DNA of 64,000 bases from the human T2T-CHM13v2.0 reference genome, Homo sapiens, in assembly GCA_009914755.4 (NCBI GenBank), contig CP086569.2:7904001-7968000 (forward strand), in the 5' to 3' direction. Of the stretch, positions 11,722 through 25,509 are shown piece by piece. The notes beneath the pieces were generated by a model, which saw nothing but the letters and a program-made list of their open reading frames with translations, was not told where the DNA came from and made no database searches. Numbering within the stretch: position 1 is the first letter of the stretch; every line of letters starts with the position of its first letter. The position numbers and the translations under genes are program-made.

Positions 11722-12056
11722 GGTTGAGCACAGTGGCTCATGCCAGTAATCCCAGCACTTTGGGAGGCTGAGGCAGGCATATCATATGGTCAGGAATTCA
11801 ATTCCATCCTGGCTAACACAGTGAAATGCCCTCTCTACTAAACATACAAAACAAAAAAAATTATCTGGGCCTGGTGGCATGTGCCTGTCATCTCAGCTAC
11901 TTCAAAGGTTGAGGCAGGAGGATATCTTGAACCTGGGAGGTGGAGGTTGAAGTGAGCTAAGATTATGCCACTGTACTCCAACCTAGGTGAAGAGTGAGAC
12001 TCAATCTCAAACAAACAAACAAACAAACAAAAAACATAAAACAACAACAAAATACT
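11722..12056 (+). mobile_element. Alu with (CAAA)n-type tail
   Basis: ggttgagcacagtggctcatgccagtaatcccagcactttgggaggctgaggcagg… then tail caaacaaacaaacaaacaaaaaacataaaacaacaacaaaa. Confidence 0.85.
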
Positions 12057-13011
12057 AGTCCTGAGGGTGCAGTTTAAAAGGTTGGGGTGCTTTCATGGAG
12101 AAGCTGAAAGCTTGGGCAAGCCAAGGGTTGGATTTAAGGGAGAGCTCACAGGACAATTGAAAACCACCTCTTTGTCCTCTGTGGAATGCAGGAAATAGTG
12201 AATGCTGATCTCCACTGCTTACTGATACAGGCAAGTTATCAGCCAGACACATATGTCTTGTCTGTTTGTATTCCTATAAAAGAATATGAGGCTGGAAAAT
12301 TTATAAAGAAAAGATCTTTCACTGGCTCCTGGTTCTGCAGTCTGTAAAAGATGTGTGGTGACAACATCTGCATCTGGTGAAAGCCTCACGAGGCTTCCAC
12401 CCAGGACAGAAGGTAAAAGGAAAACAGGCATGTGGAGAGAGCAAGAAAGAGAAGGGGAGAAGAAAATCTTTTGAACTAACTATTTGGATGTAAGCTCCAT
12501 TGTGGGAACAAATACAGTAGACAACTCACTTATTACCCATGGCAAGGGTGCCAAGCCATTTATGAGGCATCCATCCCCATGACACAAACAAACACCTCCC
12601 ACTAGGTGCCATTTACAGTGTGGAGGACCACATTTCATCCTGAGGCTTGGAGGGACAAATGTCCAAACTATATCAATAGGAAAGTTTAAAAATCATGCAG
12701 AGTTATTGTCAAACAATCCTTTTTTCCTCTTTAGAATCCTGGGACTACAAAAAGCTGGGCTTCATTAGCTTCCAGACATTGGCAAGTTAGTATTCAAATT
12801 CTTAGGCTGCAACCTGAGAAGTCAGGGCAATAGTTGGGTAGTTTGACTTCTTGGAAGTAAAATTTAGTAGCTCAGTATATTGCTAGAGTGAGTGATGATG
12901 AAGACCGATGAGAAATGCCTGTGTGCCTGCTCTCAGAGGACCTTGACAGATCCAAAAGTCAGGAGAATTAGAAGCAAGATAACTGAGCAGAAGCTATAAA
13001 AGTCAAGACAT

Positions 13012-13311
13012 GGCCAGGTGCAGTTGCTCATGCCTGTAATCCCAGACCTTTGGGAGACTGAGCCAGGTGGATAACCTGAGGTCAGGAGTTCAAGACCAGC
13101 CTGACCAACATAGTGAAACCTTGTGTCTACTAAAAACTACAAAAGCTAGCCTGGCATGGTGATAGGCACCTGTAATCCCAGCTTCTCTGTAGGCTGAGGC
13201 AGGTGAATCACTTTAGCCTGGAAGGCAGAGGTTGCAGTGAGCCGAGATTGTGCCATTGCACTGCAGCCTGGGTGACAGAGAAAGACTCTGTCTCAAAAGA
13301 AAAAAAAAAAG
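13012..13311 (+). mobile_element. Alu (full length, poly-A tail)
   Basis: ggccaggtgcagttgctcatgcctgtaatcccagacctttgggagactgag…gcactgcagcctgggtgacagagaaagactctgtctcaaaagaaaaaaaaaaa. Confidence 0.85.
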
Positions 13312-14109
13312 TCAAGGCGTTAGATGTACAATCTAAGTTTTTTGAGGTACAAAGTGGAAGCTGGGCTTTCTTGACTGCTTGAGATCCAGTAAGCCAGGAG
13401 GAAACAGTTTCAGAAGTGCTTGAATATCTATTTAAATCCCTCTTTTATCTTAGAGGTCCTAGGAGAGTTATGAATGCCAATCTGTGTTAGAATCCAGAGA
13501 ATGGCAAGTTAGGAATCATTTCATTGAGAAGGAGCTGTAACAGTTGGGGCATTACATATGTGGTTTAATATTTCAGTTCTCTGAGAGAAGCTGTGAAATA
13601 ACAGATACCTATTGATTCTAGGGCACTGGGTCAGACATAAACTATAGAACAAGATCATGATTCAGTTTTTCTTACCTCTTTTTAAGTGAGTAATTTTATA
13701 GTCATATGTGCAAGAGTATCTCAACTAGTTTGTGAGTTTATCTCATAGGGAATTGATGTTGGCATGGCTTTTTATTTGTTGCATTTGTAGATGGAGGAAC
13801 AAATTAGAGCCTCCTATTTTACCATGTTTTTGGAGATACATTTTTATTAATTTTTTACTTATTTAAAAAAATTTGTACATAACAGTTGTAGATACTTTTG
13901 GCATACATGTGATATTTTGATACAAGCAATATGTACTGGTAAAGAAGAGATCAAACAGGGATGGGGTGGGTTAAATTATAGTTGCTTAGGAGGAATAAGA
14001 TCTAGTGTTAAGAAGCACAGAATGACTACACTTAATAATGATTTATGGTACATCTCAAAAGAATTAAAAGAGCAAAGGTGGAATGTCACTCATACCAAGA
14101 AATGACATG

Positions 14110-14411
14110 CCAGACTCAGTGGCTCAGGGCTATAATCATAACAATTTGGGAGGCCAAGGAGGGAGGATCACATAAGCCTTGGAGTTTGAGACCAAACTGA
14201 ACAATATATCCAAAGCATTGTCTCTACCACACACACACAAACACAAAAGCTGGGCATGGTGGTGTGTGTTTGTAATTCCATCTTCTTGGGAGGTTGAAAT
14301 GGAAGGCTCATGCATTTGAACCCAGGAATTCAAGGTTGCAGTGAGCTACCATGGTGCCACTGCTGTCCAGGCTGGACAACAGAATGAGACCCTGTCTCTA
14401 AAAAGAAAAAA
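14110..14411 (+). mobile_element. Alu (older, diverged; AluJ-like)
   Basis: ccagactcagtggctcagggctataatcataacaatttgggaggccaaggagggaggatcac…ggttgcagtgagctaccatggtgccactgctgtccaggctggacaacagaatgagaccctgtctctaaaaagaaaaaag. Confidence 0.75.
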
Positions 14412-14484
14412 GACATTACAAGTGTTCGAACTGAAGGATACCCTATTTATTTATTATTTATATATTTGCTGATTTATATAATTA

Positions 14485-14772
14485 TTTTTGAGTTGGAGTC
14501 TTGCTCTGTCACCCAGGCTAGAGTGCATGGTGCAATATCAGCTCACTGAAGCCTCAGTCTCCCAGGTTCAAATGATTCTCTTGCCTGAACCTCCCAATTA
14601 ACTGTAACCTACCACAGGTGTGTGCCACCATGCCCGGCTAACTTTTGTATTTTTGGTAGAGATGGGGTTTCATGGTCTTGGCCAGCCTGGTCTTGAACTC
14701 CTGACCTAAAGTGATCTGCAAGCCTTGGCTTCCCAAAGTGCTGGAATTGAAGACCTGAGCCATTATACCTGG
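14485..14772 (-). mobile_element. Alu, antisense
   Basis: …tttttgagttggagtcttgctctgtcacccaggctagagtgcatggtgcaatatcagctcactgaagcctc…ttcccaaagtgctggaattgaagacctgagccattatacctgg. Confidence 0.85.
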
Positions 14773-15251
14773 ACAGCAAGATACACAACACTAGGGAGTT
14801 TTATCTTTTCACTTCATCCTCACAATCCTACATTATAGGTGAATGAAAACACAACTTCATAACATGAATAACTCACTTGAAAATAAAAGTTGGTAACTTC
14901 TCCCTTTAAAATTATTTCCATCCTTACACTATAAAAATTGATGATCTTGTCAAAATCTTATCAAGAAAACACTTCCTCCTTACAGATTAGTCTGTTAATT
15001 GTAAGAATTATGGACTGTAAAACTTCTGGAACTTCATGTATTTCACTTCTGTCAGTTGTATAATCAGGAAAATTAATTGCTTTAGTTATTTAGGTCCAAA
15101 TCTTTTTATTTTTATCATTCAATGATGCCTTAAGCCTTTAAGCAATCCCCTGTCTGAAACTTTATGCTGTTGTTTTATGTTTTATACACTTCTCTTCCCA
15201 AAAGTATGAGGCTTAAAGTGCTTCCATTTATATCATTTATTAAATCTGATA

Positions 15252-15524
15252 GGCTGAGAGCTCATGCCTGTAATCTTAGAACTTTGGGAGTCTGAGGAGG
15301 GTGGATCAGGATTTTAAGAACAGCTTGGCAAATATGGTGAAATGCTGTCTGTACTAAAAATACAAAAAATTAACCAGCTGTGGTGCATACACATCTAATA
15401 CCAGTTACTCAGGATGCTGAGGCAGGAGATAGCTTGGACCCAGAAGGCGGAAATTTCAGTAAGCCAGCATGGAACCACTGCACCCCAGCTTGGGTGACAA
15501 AGCTACACTCCATCTCAAAAAAAA
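15252..15524 (+). mobile_element. Alu (diverged)
   Basis: ggctgagagctcatgcctgtaatcttagaactttgggagtctgaggagggtggatcagg…ccactgcaccccagcttgggtgacaaagctacactccatctcaaaaaaaa. Confidence 0.8.
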
Positions 15525-16407
15525 TTGATAAAATCCCAACCATTCTAGATTATTCCTATTTGTACGAACTTATTACTAAACCATGACTTACAACAACCAT
15601 TGTCAAAACTTTCAAGAAAAAATTAACATGAGTACCTCCCAAGGCAAAACACTTACTTTCCACTATTTAAACTAGGAACATTTAATTTCATTATGCTATG
15701 CACTTGAGAAACAGCTGGTTCAATTTTGATTTATGTTAAAAAAAGAGTTTTTCATTACAATTATCCCCCTTCAGTCACAGAATGCTTCAAATAGAATGTT
15801 TCAGATGTCTTAAACTTTAGTATTGACCATATTTAATTATTTCTTTGACTTGTACTATTCCTCTAAAAGATAAATGTTGTATGGTGAGGCAGACAGTTTT
15901 GTAGTCTTTCTGAACACTACTCAAACATTTTAAGCTTGTAAGTTTTTAAGGAGAAACAGCCTAATTAGAAAACTTGTGCAGCTTGTAAGGGAGATGTAAC
16001 ATATGCCTAATTTTGTATCTACTTATGTTCAAAGAAACAAAGGAAAATGTTCAACAAACAACACAATTTACTTTCCTATTGAATTTGCTTTTAAACATAG
16101 GTAGCTAAGCAATAACATCAGGCATTTTGCATCACATGTAAAATTTTATTTTGAAAATTTTAATGTCGATATTACATCTAAACAGATAGTTTTCAAATAG
16201 CATTAGCAAGTATTAAATTACTTTGAAAAAATTCATTTTCCTTTGAATACCTCAAAAAATTCATGGAGCAAGTTAGTATCTACCTATCTCCACAAAACCA
16301 ACATTTTTCTTTAAGTGGTACACAGGTAACAATGCAGAAATAACATTTCAATTTTCAATTTGCAAACAAGATTTGGTATGCAATACCTATTATTTTGAAT
16401 ATTTGCT

Positions 16408-16726
16408 TTAATACCTGCTTCGGTCTCCTTTTTCAGATCGACTTTCCCCATCATCTCCTGTAGATGCCACATATCTTGAGCTACCATATGCTTCACGAGG
16501 AGCAGGGTGCACCCTATCCAGAGAAGGTGGATTCCTTTGGTCTTTTCTGCCAATGTGCTCACGACCACAGGAATAAAAATCACCACAGCTCCTTGAGTAA
16601 CTCTCACGACTTCTGCCATATCTATCTCATGTATTGTTAGACATGTTAAAATCAAAATCATGGTAGCTGCTTCCACCATAAGACATCTGAGGCCTTTGTG
16701 CAGGTGGTGCACCATGAGAGGTCCCG
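16408..16726 (-). pseudogene. RBMY-like: RBMY-like last coding exon (terminal …GDRSRY-TAA at 16408-16410; premature TGA at 16627-16629 where RBMY has CGA); AATAAA signal on minus strand ~16148-16153
   Basis: [104 protein letters not shown] aligns to [103 protein letters not shown]. Confidence 0.8.
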
Positions 16727-17133
16727 GAATGGTTGATAAAATAATACACTGGATTACATTTAAACACTTTGACTGCTATCACTAAAGCATGAATTAGTTA
16801 AAGTACTATTTGGAAATATCTACTTTCCTCTCCTTTTTTTGACAGAATATTAATTATGCCTGCAACAGTCACAATGTTTTATTTGAAAGAATTGTAAGAG
16901 TAGTTTTTGAAGCTTAACAAATTTCATTCTAAAGTCAATGTTGAGTCACATTTTCTGAATGTGAACTGAAGTTCTCACCTTCATACTGTTCCCTATGCTT
17001 TATACTGTTAAGAATACTCAATATTTAAACATGTTATATTTGTCCTTTATAATTTTCCTTAGAATTTCATTAAAATAATTATCTGGTCTATAAATATTAT
17101 TCTATAATTTACAAATCCATGCTGGACTCTTAC

Positions 17134-17218
17134 CATATCTCTGAAATGCATCCTGTAAGAACTTCCACCTTGGTGTTCAGAATGATCTCTACCACAAGCC
17201 TCACCATAGCCATCATAA
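17134..17218 (-). pseudogene. RBMY-like: RBMY-like penultimate exon (donor GATATG|gtaaga; acceptor dinucleotide not conserved)
   Basis: YDGYGEACGRDHSEHQGGSSYRMHFRDM aligns to RBMY [29 protein letters not shown]. Confidence 0.7.
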
Positions 17219-17292
17219 AAAAAAAGTTTTCTTAATGTCGGAATGAACCATTTAAGAAATCTATCTGATAAATCCAGAAAATGTTATAGTAC

Positions 17293-17403
17293 CTATATCC
17301 TCTAGAGTAATGTTCATCCCAACTAGAATGACCATAATCACAGTATGTATAGCCTCTAGGTGGTGGAGCATAATCCCTGGTTTCTGGGGAAATTCACTGA
17401 TTT
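17293..17403 (-). pseudogene. RBMY-like: RBMY-like single SRGY-box exon (acceptor cacag|, donor ATAG|gtacta; contains in-frame TGA)
   Basis: [35 protein letters not shown] aligns to RBMY …[35 protein letters not shown]. Only one such box is found between exon 6 and the next exon. Confidence 0.7.
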
Positions 17404-18273
17404 CTGTGTGCATAAGTTTAAGCAACAAATTTAAAATTTTCAACTTCTAGTATCCAAAACATAACTAACTTAAAACTTAAAAAAATTAAAGGGCCAAACA
17501 TCTAAATAGATATTTCTCCAATAAAATAGGCCAATGCCCAAAAAGCTCATGCAACAGGTACTCATAATCAGTGATTCAGAAAATGCATTTCAAATCCATA
17601 ATGAGGTACCATACTTCACATACACACTGGAATAGAAATACATTTTAAAGAGCTGGAAATAACAAGTGTTTGAGAGGATGTAGATAAATCAGAACCCTGA
17701 TACAATGCTAGTTGGAATGGAAAATGAAGCAGCTACCATGGAGAAATGTGGTGGTTCCTTAAGGAAATATAATTACCATAGGACCAAGGAATTCCACTCT
17801 TACATACACAAAGAATTGAATAAGTGTGCTCAAGCAAATATTGGTGCAAAGAAATACTGTGGTGGAAACAACCCAAATAAAATAATAGGTTAACAGGTTG
17901 TGGGAGGAGTGAAGTGCTACCATGTAAATGAACCTTCAGGATGTCAAGCTAAAGGAAAGGAGACAGATACAAAAAGTCATGTATTGTTTGAGCCCATTAA
18001 CACTAAATGCCCACAACAGGTAAGTTCAGAGGCAGAACACTGATTGGTGTTTGATAGCAGCTGAGGGAAGGGAGAGAATGAAAGGGACTGCTTAACTGGT
18101 AGTTGGAGTTTTAGTTTGGAGGAATGAAAATGTTTTGAAACTCAATGGAGGTAGTGCACAACACAGAATGTATTTAACGCCACTTAACTGTTTATCTTAT
18201 AATTTTAATTTTGTTATGTGGATTTCATCACTACAACAAAAAAATCAACTATTTTTTTTCCTTTTTCCTTTAC

Positions 18274-18387
18274 CTATCCTTACTAGCATAACTATCATTT
18301 CTTGGTGACCTATGGTCATTTCTCCAAGAAGAGATGGGCTCTCTGAGTGGAGGACCTGTATAATTCTCTCTTCCACATGATATGGGC
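18274..18387 (-). pseudogene. RBMY-like: RBMY-like exon 6 (acceptor attaaaag|, donor GATAG|gtaaag)
   Basis: PISCGRENYTGPPLREPISSWRNDHRSPRNDSYASKD aligns to RBMY [37 protein letters not shown]. Confidence 0.75.
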
Positions 18388-19299
18388 CTTTTAATATTAA
18401 AATAATGGAACATTATGTAATGAACACCAAATCTGAAAGACTATTTTTTCTCCTCTCAAACAACTTTTAAAATTATTTCTTCTATGACTTCATTATTTGT
18501 TCCCAAAATTACTAGACAGTCACGACACTGTGAATATTTCTTATGGCTTTGGATAAGCCCACAAGGCCAGTTCTTCTAAAAAAGCTGAAACCAAATGTTA
18601 ATTCTTTGGTAAAAGTTCATTTGTAATAGTTAATAATTACTTAGTTATTATTTTCATTTTTATATAAATTACTGATGACTACTAATGACACAGGGAAAAC
18701 ATATAAAACCATCAAATTCTTCACTGATTTTAAAGTTTACATACATTGTCCTTTCTCAGCTGAAGAAGGTGAATTTTCCCATGCTGTTCAATCCATCTCA
18801 CACATACAAATACTGTTACCTTTGAATGACTGCATGCTAAATTTTTACATAAAAGTTCCCCTTTATATCTAAGTGGTTGGCTGTATATTAAATGTTGACA
18901 AATTAAAATGTACTACTGAAGATTTTCTAATGATGGCCAAGATTTACTTTTACTGCAATAAGCAATACTTTTAAAGGGGTCATTACAACATTGTTGCTAT
19001 TTCAAAATAGAAAAGGTTCTCTTTTAATACTCTCTTCACATGCTATTCCTTAGAGGTCAGTCTTTCATCTATGATATGTTCACTGGCTAATTTTCCATGA
19101 AAATGTATTTTCTTGTGCATCCTGCAGTCAATAAATATCTAACTTCACCAATACTCCACATATGAAATATAAAATTGAAAATGTCAATTTTCAATTTCCT
19201 CCATATGAGGATAGAGGACTAAGTAAGAATTTAAATTTGTTCTGCTTAAACTTCTTTGCTAAGAACTTTTATTTATTGTCTTGCTTTCTTCTGTATAGT

Positions 19300-22197
19300 C
19301 TGCAATCTTACAATTCTCCTTCTCAAAAATGAGAAGAATCAAATAGACGCAATAAAAAATGATAAAGGGGATATCACCACCAATCCTACAGAAATAGAAA
19401 CTACCATCAGAGAATACTATAAACACCTCTATGCGAATAAACTAGAAAATCTAGAAGAAATGGATAAACTCCTCGACACATACACCCTCCCAAGAGTAAA
19501 CCAGGAAGATATTGAATCTCTGAATAGGCCAATAACAAGCTCTGAAATTGAGGCAATAATTAATAGCTTAAAAACCAAAAAAATGCCAGGACCTGATGGA
19601 TTCACAGCTGAATTCTACCAGAGATACAAGGAAGAGCTGGTACCATTCCTTTTGAAATTACTCCAATCAATAGAAAAAGAGGGAACCCTCCCTAACTCAT
19701 TTTATAAGGGCAGCATCATCCTGATACCAAAGCCTGGCAGAGAAACAACAAAAAAGAGAATTTTAGACCACTATCCCTGATGAGCATCGATGTAAAAATC
19801 CTCAATAAAATATGGGCAAACTGATTCCAGCAGCACATCAAAAAGCTTATCCCCCATGATCAAGTGGACTTCATCCATGGGATGCAAGGCTGGTTCAACA
19901 TACGCAAATCAATAAACATGATCCAGCATGTAAACAGAACCAATGAAAAAACCACATGATTATCTCAATAGATGCCGAAAAGGGCTTTGACAAAATTCAA
20001 CAGCCCTTCATGCTAAAAACTCTCAATAAATTAGGTATTGATGGGATGTATCTCAAAATAATAAGAGCTATCTATGACAAACCCACAGCCAATATCATAC
20101 TGAATGGGCAAAAACTGGAAACATTCCCTTTGAAAACTGGCATGAGACAGGGATGCCCTCTCTCACCACTCCTATTCAACATAGTGTTGGAAGTTCTGGC
20201 CAGGGCAATCAGGCAGAAGAAGGAAACAAAGGGTATTCATTTAGGAAAAGAAGAAGTCAAATTGTCGCTGTTTGCAAATTACATGATTGTATGTCTAGAA
20301 AACCCCATCATCTCAGCCCAACATCACCTTAAGCTGATAGATAACTTCAGCAAAGTCTCAGGATGCAAAATCAATGTGCAAAAATCACAAGCATTCTTAT
20401 GCACTAATAACAGACAAACAGAGAGCCAAATCATGAGTGAATTTCCATTCACGATTGCTTCAAAGAGAATAAAATACCTAGGAATCCAACTTACAAGGGA
20501 CGTGGAGGACCTCTTCAAGGAGAACTGCAAATGAAATAAAAGGGGACACAAACAAATGGAAGAACATTCCATACTCATTGGTAGGAGGAATCAATATCAT
20601 GAAAATGGCCATACTGCCCAAGGTAATTTATAGATTCAATGCCATCCCCATCAAACTACCAATAACTTTCTTCACAGAATTGGAAAAAACTACTTTAAAT
20701 TTTATACGGAACCAAAAAAGAGACCACATTGCTAAGTCAATCCTAAGCCAAAAGAACAAAGCTGGAGGCATCACGCTATCTGACTTCAAACTATACTACA
20801 AGGCTACAGTAACCAAAACAGGATGGTACTGGTACCAAAACAGAGATATAGATCAATGGAACAGAACAGAGCCCTCAGAAATAATGCCACGTATCTACAA
20901 CCATCTGATCTTTGACAAACCTGACAAAACAAGCAATGGGGAAAGGATTCCCTATTTAATAAATGGTGCTGGGAAAACTGGCTAGCCACATGTAGAAAGC
21001 TGCAATTGGATCCCTTCCTTACACCTCATACAAAAATTAATTCAAGATGGATTAAAGACTTAAATGTTAGACCTGAAACCATAAAGACCCTGGAAGAAAA
21101 CCTAGACAATACCATTCAGGACATAGACATGGGCAAGGACTTCATGTCTAAGACACCAAAAATGATGGCAACAAAAGCTAAAATTGACAAATGGGATCTA
21201 ATTAAACTAAAGAGCTTCTGCACAGCAAAAGAAACTACCATCAGAATGGACAGGCAACCTAAAGAATGGGAGAAAATTTTTGCAATCTACTTACCTGACA
21301 AAGGGCTAATAACCAGAATCTACAATGAACTCAATCAAATTTACAAGAAAAAAACAAACAACCCCATCAAAAAGTGGGCGAATAATATGAACAGACACTT
21401 CTCAAAAGAACACATTTACGCAGGCAACAGACACATGAAAAAATGCTCATCACTGGCCATCAGAGAAATGCAAATCAAAACCACAATGAGATACCATCTC
21501 ACACCAGTTAGAATGGAGATCATTAAAAAGTCAGGAAACAACAGGTGCTGGAGAGGATGTGGAGAAATAGGAACACTTTTACACTGTTGGTGGGATTGTA
21601 AACTAGTTCAACCATTGTAGAAGTCAGTGTGGTGATTCCTCAGGGATCTAGAACTAGAAATACCATTTGTCCCAGCAATCCAATTACTGGGTATATACCC
21701 AAAGGATTATAAATCATGCTGCTATAAAGACACATGCACAGGTATATTTATTTTGTCACTATTCACAATAGCAAAGACTTGGAACCAAGCCAAATGTCCA
21801 ACAGTGATAGACCAGATTAAGAAAATGTGGCACATATACACCATAGAATACTATGCAGCCACAAAAAATGATGAGTTCATGTCCTTTGTAGGGACATGGA
21901 TGAAGCTGGAAACCATCATTCTCAGCAAACTATCACAAGTACAAAAAACCAAACACTGCATGTTCTCACTCATAGGTGGGAATTTAACAATGAGAACACA
22001 TGGTCACAGGAAGGGGAACATCACACACTGGGGCCTGTTGTGGGGAAGGATAGCATTAGGAGATATACCTAATGTTAAATGTTGAGTTAATGGGTGCAGC
22101 ACACCAACATGGCACATATATACATTTGTAACAAACCTGCACATTGTGCACATGTACCCTAAAACTTAAAGTATAATATAACAAAATTTAAAAAAAA
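19300..22197 (+). mobile_element. L1 (L1PA-type), 5'-truncated within ORF2, ~2.9 kb, A-rich 3' end; inside an intron of the RBMY-like locus
   Basis: ORF2 pieces in the six-frame track include …[57 protein letters not shown]… and [56 protein letters not shown]…. The C-terminus is …[12 protein letters not shown]. The canonical 3'UTR ends …gtaccctaaaacttaaagtataatataacaaaatttaaaaaaaa. Several stops and frameshifts mean it is not coding-competent. Confidence 0.9.
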
Positions 22198-22548
22198 TTA
22201 CTTCTATTCAATCCTACTGCTCACCTCAAGTTGCTTAGTTCTAAATTCTCTGCTCAAATAATTTCAAATCTTACACTAGGGATCTTGTGTTAACATTTAA
22301 ACATCCCTGTACCATCTTAATAATTGATTTATATCCATTTATATTTCACAACTCTGCACTTTTGTGATATCCACTTAAGAAAATTGGATGGCTTCATGTC
22401 TAGATTTCAAGTCTTAAATTTATTTTTAAATAATATTTAAGCCCAATGCCTCCTTTTCTGCTAAATATTCTTGTATTTCTTTTGAATTCTCATATAAGCA
22501 GTAAGAGTGCCTTGCACGTAAGCATTATTGAGGTCTCAGAAGCTGGAT

Positions 22549-22840
22549 GGCCAGGCTCAGCAGTTCACACTGTGAGCCAGTGTGGAAGGCTGAGGCAGAT
22601 GGACTGCTGGAGCCCTGGGTCTTAATGTTAGTTTTGACAATGTAGTAAGATTCTCTCCCAACAAAAATATAGGAAAATAATTTAGCTATGTGTGTTGGTG
22701 CATGCCTGTAGTTGCAGCAACTCAGGAGGCTGAAACAGGATAACTGCTTGAACCCAGGAATTTGAGGCTCTAGTAAGCCATATTCTCACCAATGCACTTT
22801 GACCTGTAAGAGCAAGACTCCAACCCATCAAAGAAACTGA
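22549..22840 (+). mobile_element. Old, diverged Alu (AluJ/FLAM-like)
   Basis: ggccaggctcagcagttcacactgtgagcc…gctatgtgtgttggtgcatgcctgtagttgcagcaactcaggaggctgaaacaggataactgcttgaacccaggaatttgaggctctagtaagccat…. Confidence 0.55.
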
Positions 22841-23238
22841 ACAAGTACGTTTAGATTGGCACACCGGGGACCACTACCAGGAGACCTAGGAAATGGAATA
22901 ATTCATTAGATGAGGAAGCATACCATGAAAAAATACTGCTAGGAACTTACAGAAAAATTAGGGGGAATTCTCTAGCAAACACAAGAATATAAGGAATGTT
23001 GGCCTCACTCTAGTCACTTCTTTGATCTGCAATGAGAAGCTCGAGTATTTCTTAACCTGAAGAAATACAGAAATGTATCTAGGGTGAAAGAAACTATAAG
23101 AAAAGCTATCAACCAGTAATTATGCCTGTGTTTGTGTCACTTCTATTTTATTCGATGAACTTAAAACTAAGCCTCCAGTTAAAATAGCTCATTTTCAGTC
23201 CTACAAAATCTATGGTCTTTCTATCAGGTAGCATTTGT

Positions 23239-23388
23239 CTTGGCCTCCCATACAACTATTGCTTCTTACGACAGCAGAAGAGATTTTCTAGGAGGAGGAC
23301 CTCCACTTCCTAAAGATGGACCTCTTTTAACTGGAAAGGTTTCCCTATAAGAATTCATATTGAGATCAAGCATGTAATTTGATCTCAT
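23239..23388 (-). pseudogene. RBMY-like: RBMY-like exon 4/5 region (acceptor ttgtttgaaatacag|; stops and frameshift; donor apparently mutated)
   Basis: …LNMNSYRETFPVKRGPSLGSGGPPPRKSLLLS*EAIVVWEAKTNAT aligns to RBMY [47 protein letters not shown]. Confidence 0.7.
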
Positions 23389-24244
23389 CTGTATTTCAAA
23401 CAAAATATTTTAGTTAACTAACATCACTGTTTCTTAAATGGCTAAGTTTCAGTTGTTTATAAAGTTTTCTGCCCATTATAATCTTACAAATTCACATTTC
23501 TCTAAACTAATAAAATTAACATTTCTATATGAAGTTAGTACAATTCAAGTAATAAGAATCCTTCTAGAAAATCTAGAAAGAAACTCAAGAATCATAATAT
23601 GTTGCTGTGAAAGGGAGATGTGGGAAAAGTGGGGAGTAAACGGGGAGCAGAAATCTATCAGTAAAATATCTAAGTATAATATACATAAAGAAAAAATTTT
23701 AAAAGAAAAATGATAAATGAGAGTTTATATCATTCTGTTAGGAAAAATTTTCCAAGCATATCGTAAAGATAAACTAAATTCCATTTAAAGAAACTCAAAT
23801 ATTTACAATATCAAAAAGTGACACATCAGGAAAATAGATGATATCTAAAATTTGTTAACATAACATAGAAGTCTTAAAATTCACTTGTGAAACACTAATT
23901 TTCAGATTAGACTATGCTAAATTTTCATAATCTTTAAGAATTGCATATTAAATCCTATAAAATATATCTTTATATATCTACAAAAAATGTAGATATATGC
24001 CAATTGCCAGGTGGTGTTATAGGTTAGAATATGAAAATTCTCACACATGGCAGAGTATTATTGAATGTCACCCTCAAGATCAATGGAGACAAAATAACCA
24101 TGAAGCTATGCATCTGAAAATTGAGCAAACACTGCAGTTTCAACTTAAAAAAAAACTTCACTTAATTACACATCTGGTTATTAAAATTTGAAATTAAATG
24201 ATAGATTTTTGATGGTTGGTTAATAGATAATACAAGTTAACCAA

Positions 24245-24576
<332 letters not shown>

Positions 24577-25332
24577 CCATCCAATAGTTTTTTTCTTTTT
24601 TCTTTTTAGATACACGGTTAGTTTTTCTTTCTTATGTAAAAATTGACCCCTCATTTCCATTGTGTAAATCACTCATAAATATCATTTTCTGTGACTCATC
24701 CTCCAGCAAAGAAAGATACATACATATCTGTGAAGCAATGGTTTTTTACCTTTCCAGAGTCACAGACTGTTTTCAGAAATTAAAGATCTGCATTTTTTAA
24801 ATTGAAAATGCTTTATGGCAGGCCAATGTACAAACTCTCCATATTAAAATCGCAAAGCAATAGATTTGCACAGATGTTTGCACATGTATACACAAAAAAA
24901 CAAATATTGCAAAATCAATCTTAAGTACTGAGTTACTTTTTTCCTTTTGGAAAGTTTTAAATATTCCATCGTACTTTGATAATACAAATGATACGAAGTT
25001 CCAGGCCCCAAAGTAGAAAACTCTAATGTATAATGAATATAAATGAGTTCTTCAGAAAACCTGTTGAGTACAGGCAATCAGCATTCATAAACTCAATTTA
25101 GTTTGAAATGTGTGTTACTTCAATGCAAACTTATTACAATTTTAAAACAAATTTTAGATATTAGTCCAATCATTCTTATAATACACCTTTAATACTTAGA
25201 AATAATTTTGGTGATTATCAATAAGTTAATTTTCTGTTCATAAAGGAAATAAATAAAATTGGGAAATTTTGATATCTTCAAGTGTATTTTCTTTCAGTCC
25301 TATGGTTCTATCTTTATATTTTAAAACATTAC

Positions 25333-25509
25333 CCAGGTGTCCTTCATGTGAGGGAAGCCACCCTCCTGTTCCTCCACTGCTTCCTCTTGCAGATCTCAGA
25401 CTTCCTGAAGGGCTTCTGTTTCTCAAAGAAGCTGGTGGTCTTCACCTACCACCACTTTGAAAAGATGGTTTCTTGGCTTGTTCTACTTTTATTGCTTTTC
25501 CATCCAAAG
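25333..25509 (-). pseudogene. RBMY-like: RBMY-like exon 3 (acceptor cttctag|, donor CTGG|gtaatg; in-frame TGA at 25441-25443 where RBMY has CGA)
   Basis: [58 protein letters not shown] aligns to [63 protein letters not shown]. Confidence 0.8.

Noticed and set aside
18520-18830. Possible additional RBMY-like exons upstream of the 18.3-kb exon.
   Set aside because: Translations in all minus frames gave only a few scattered residues resembling the RRM region. The collinear exon for that protein segment was found elsewhere, at 23.2 kb and 25.3 kb.
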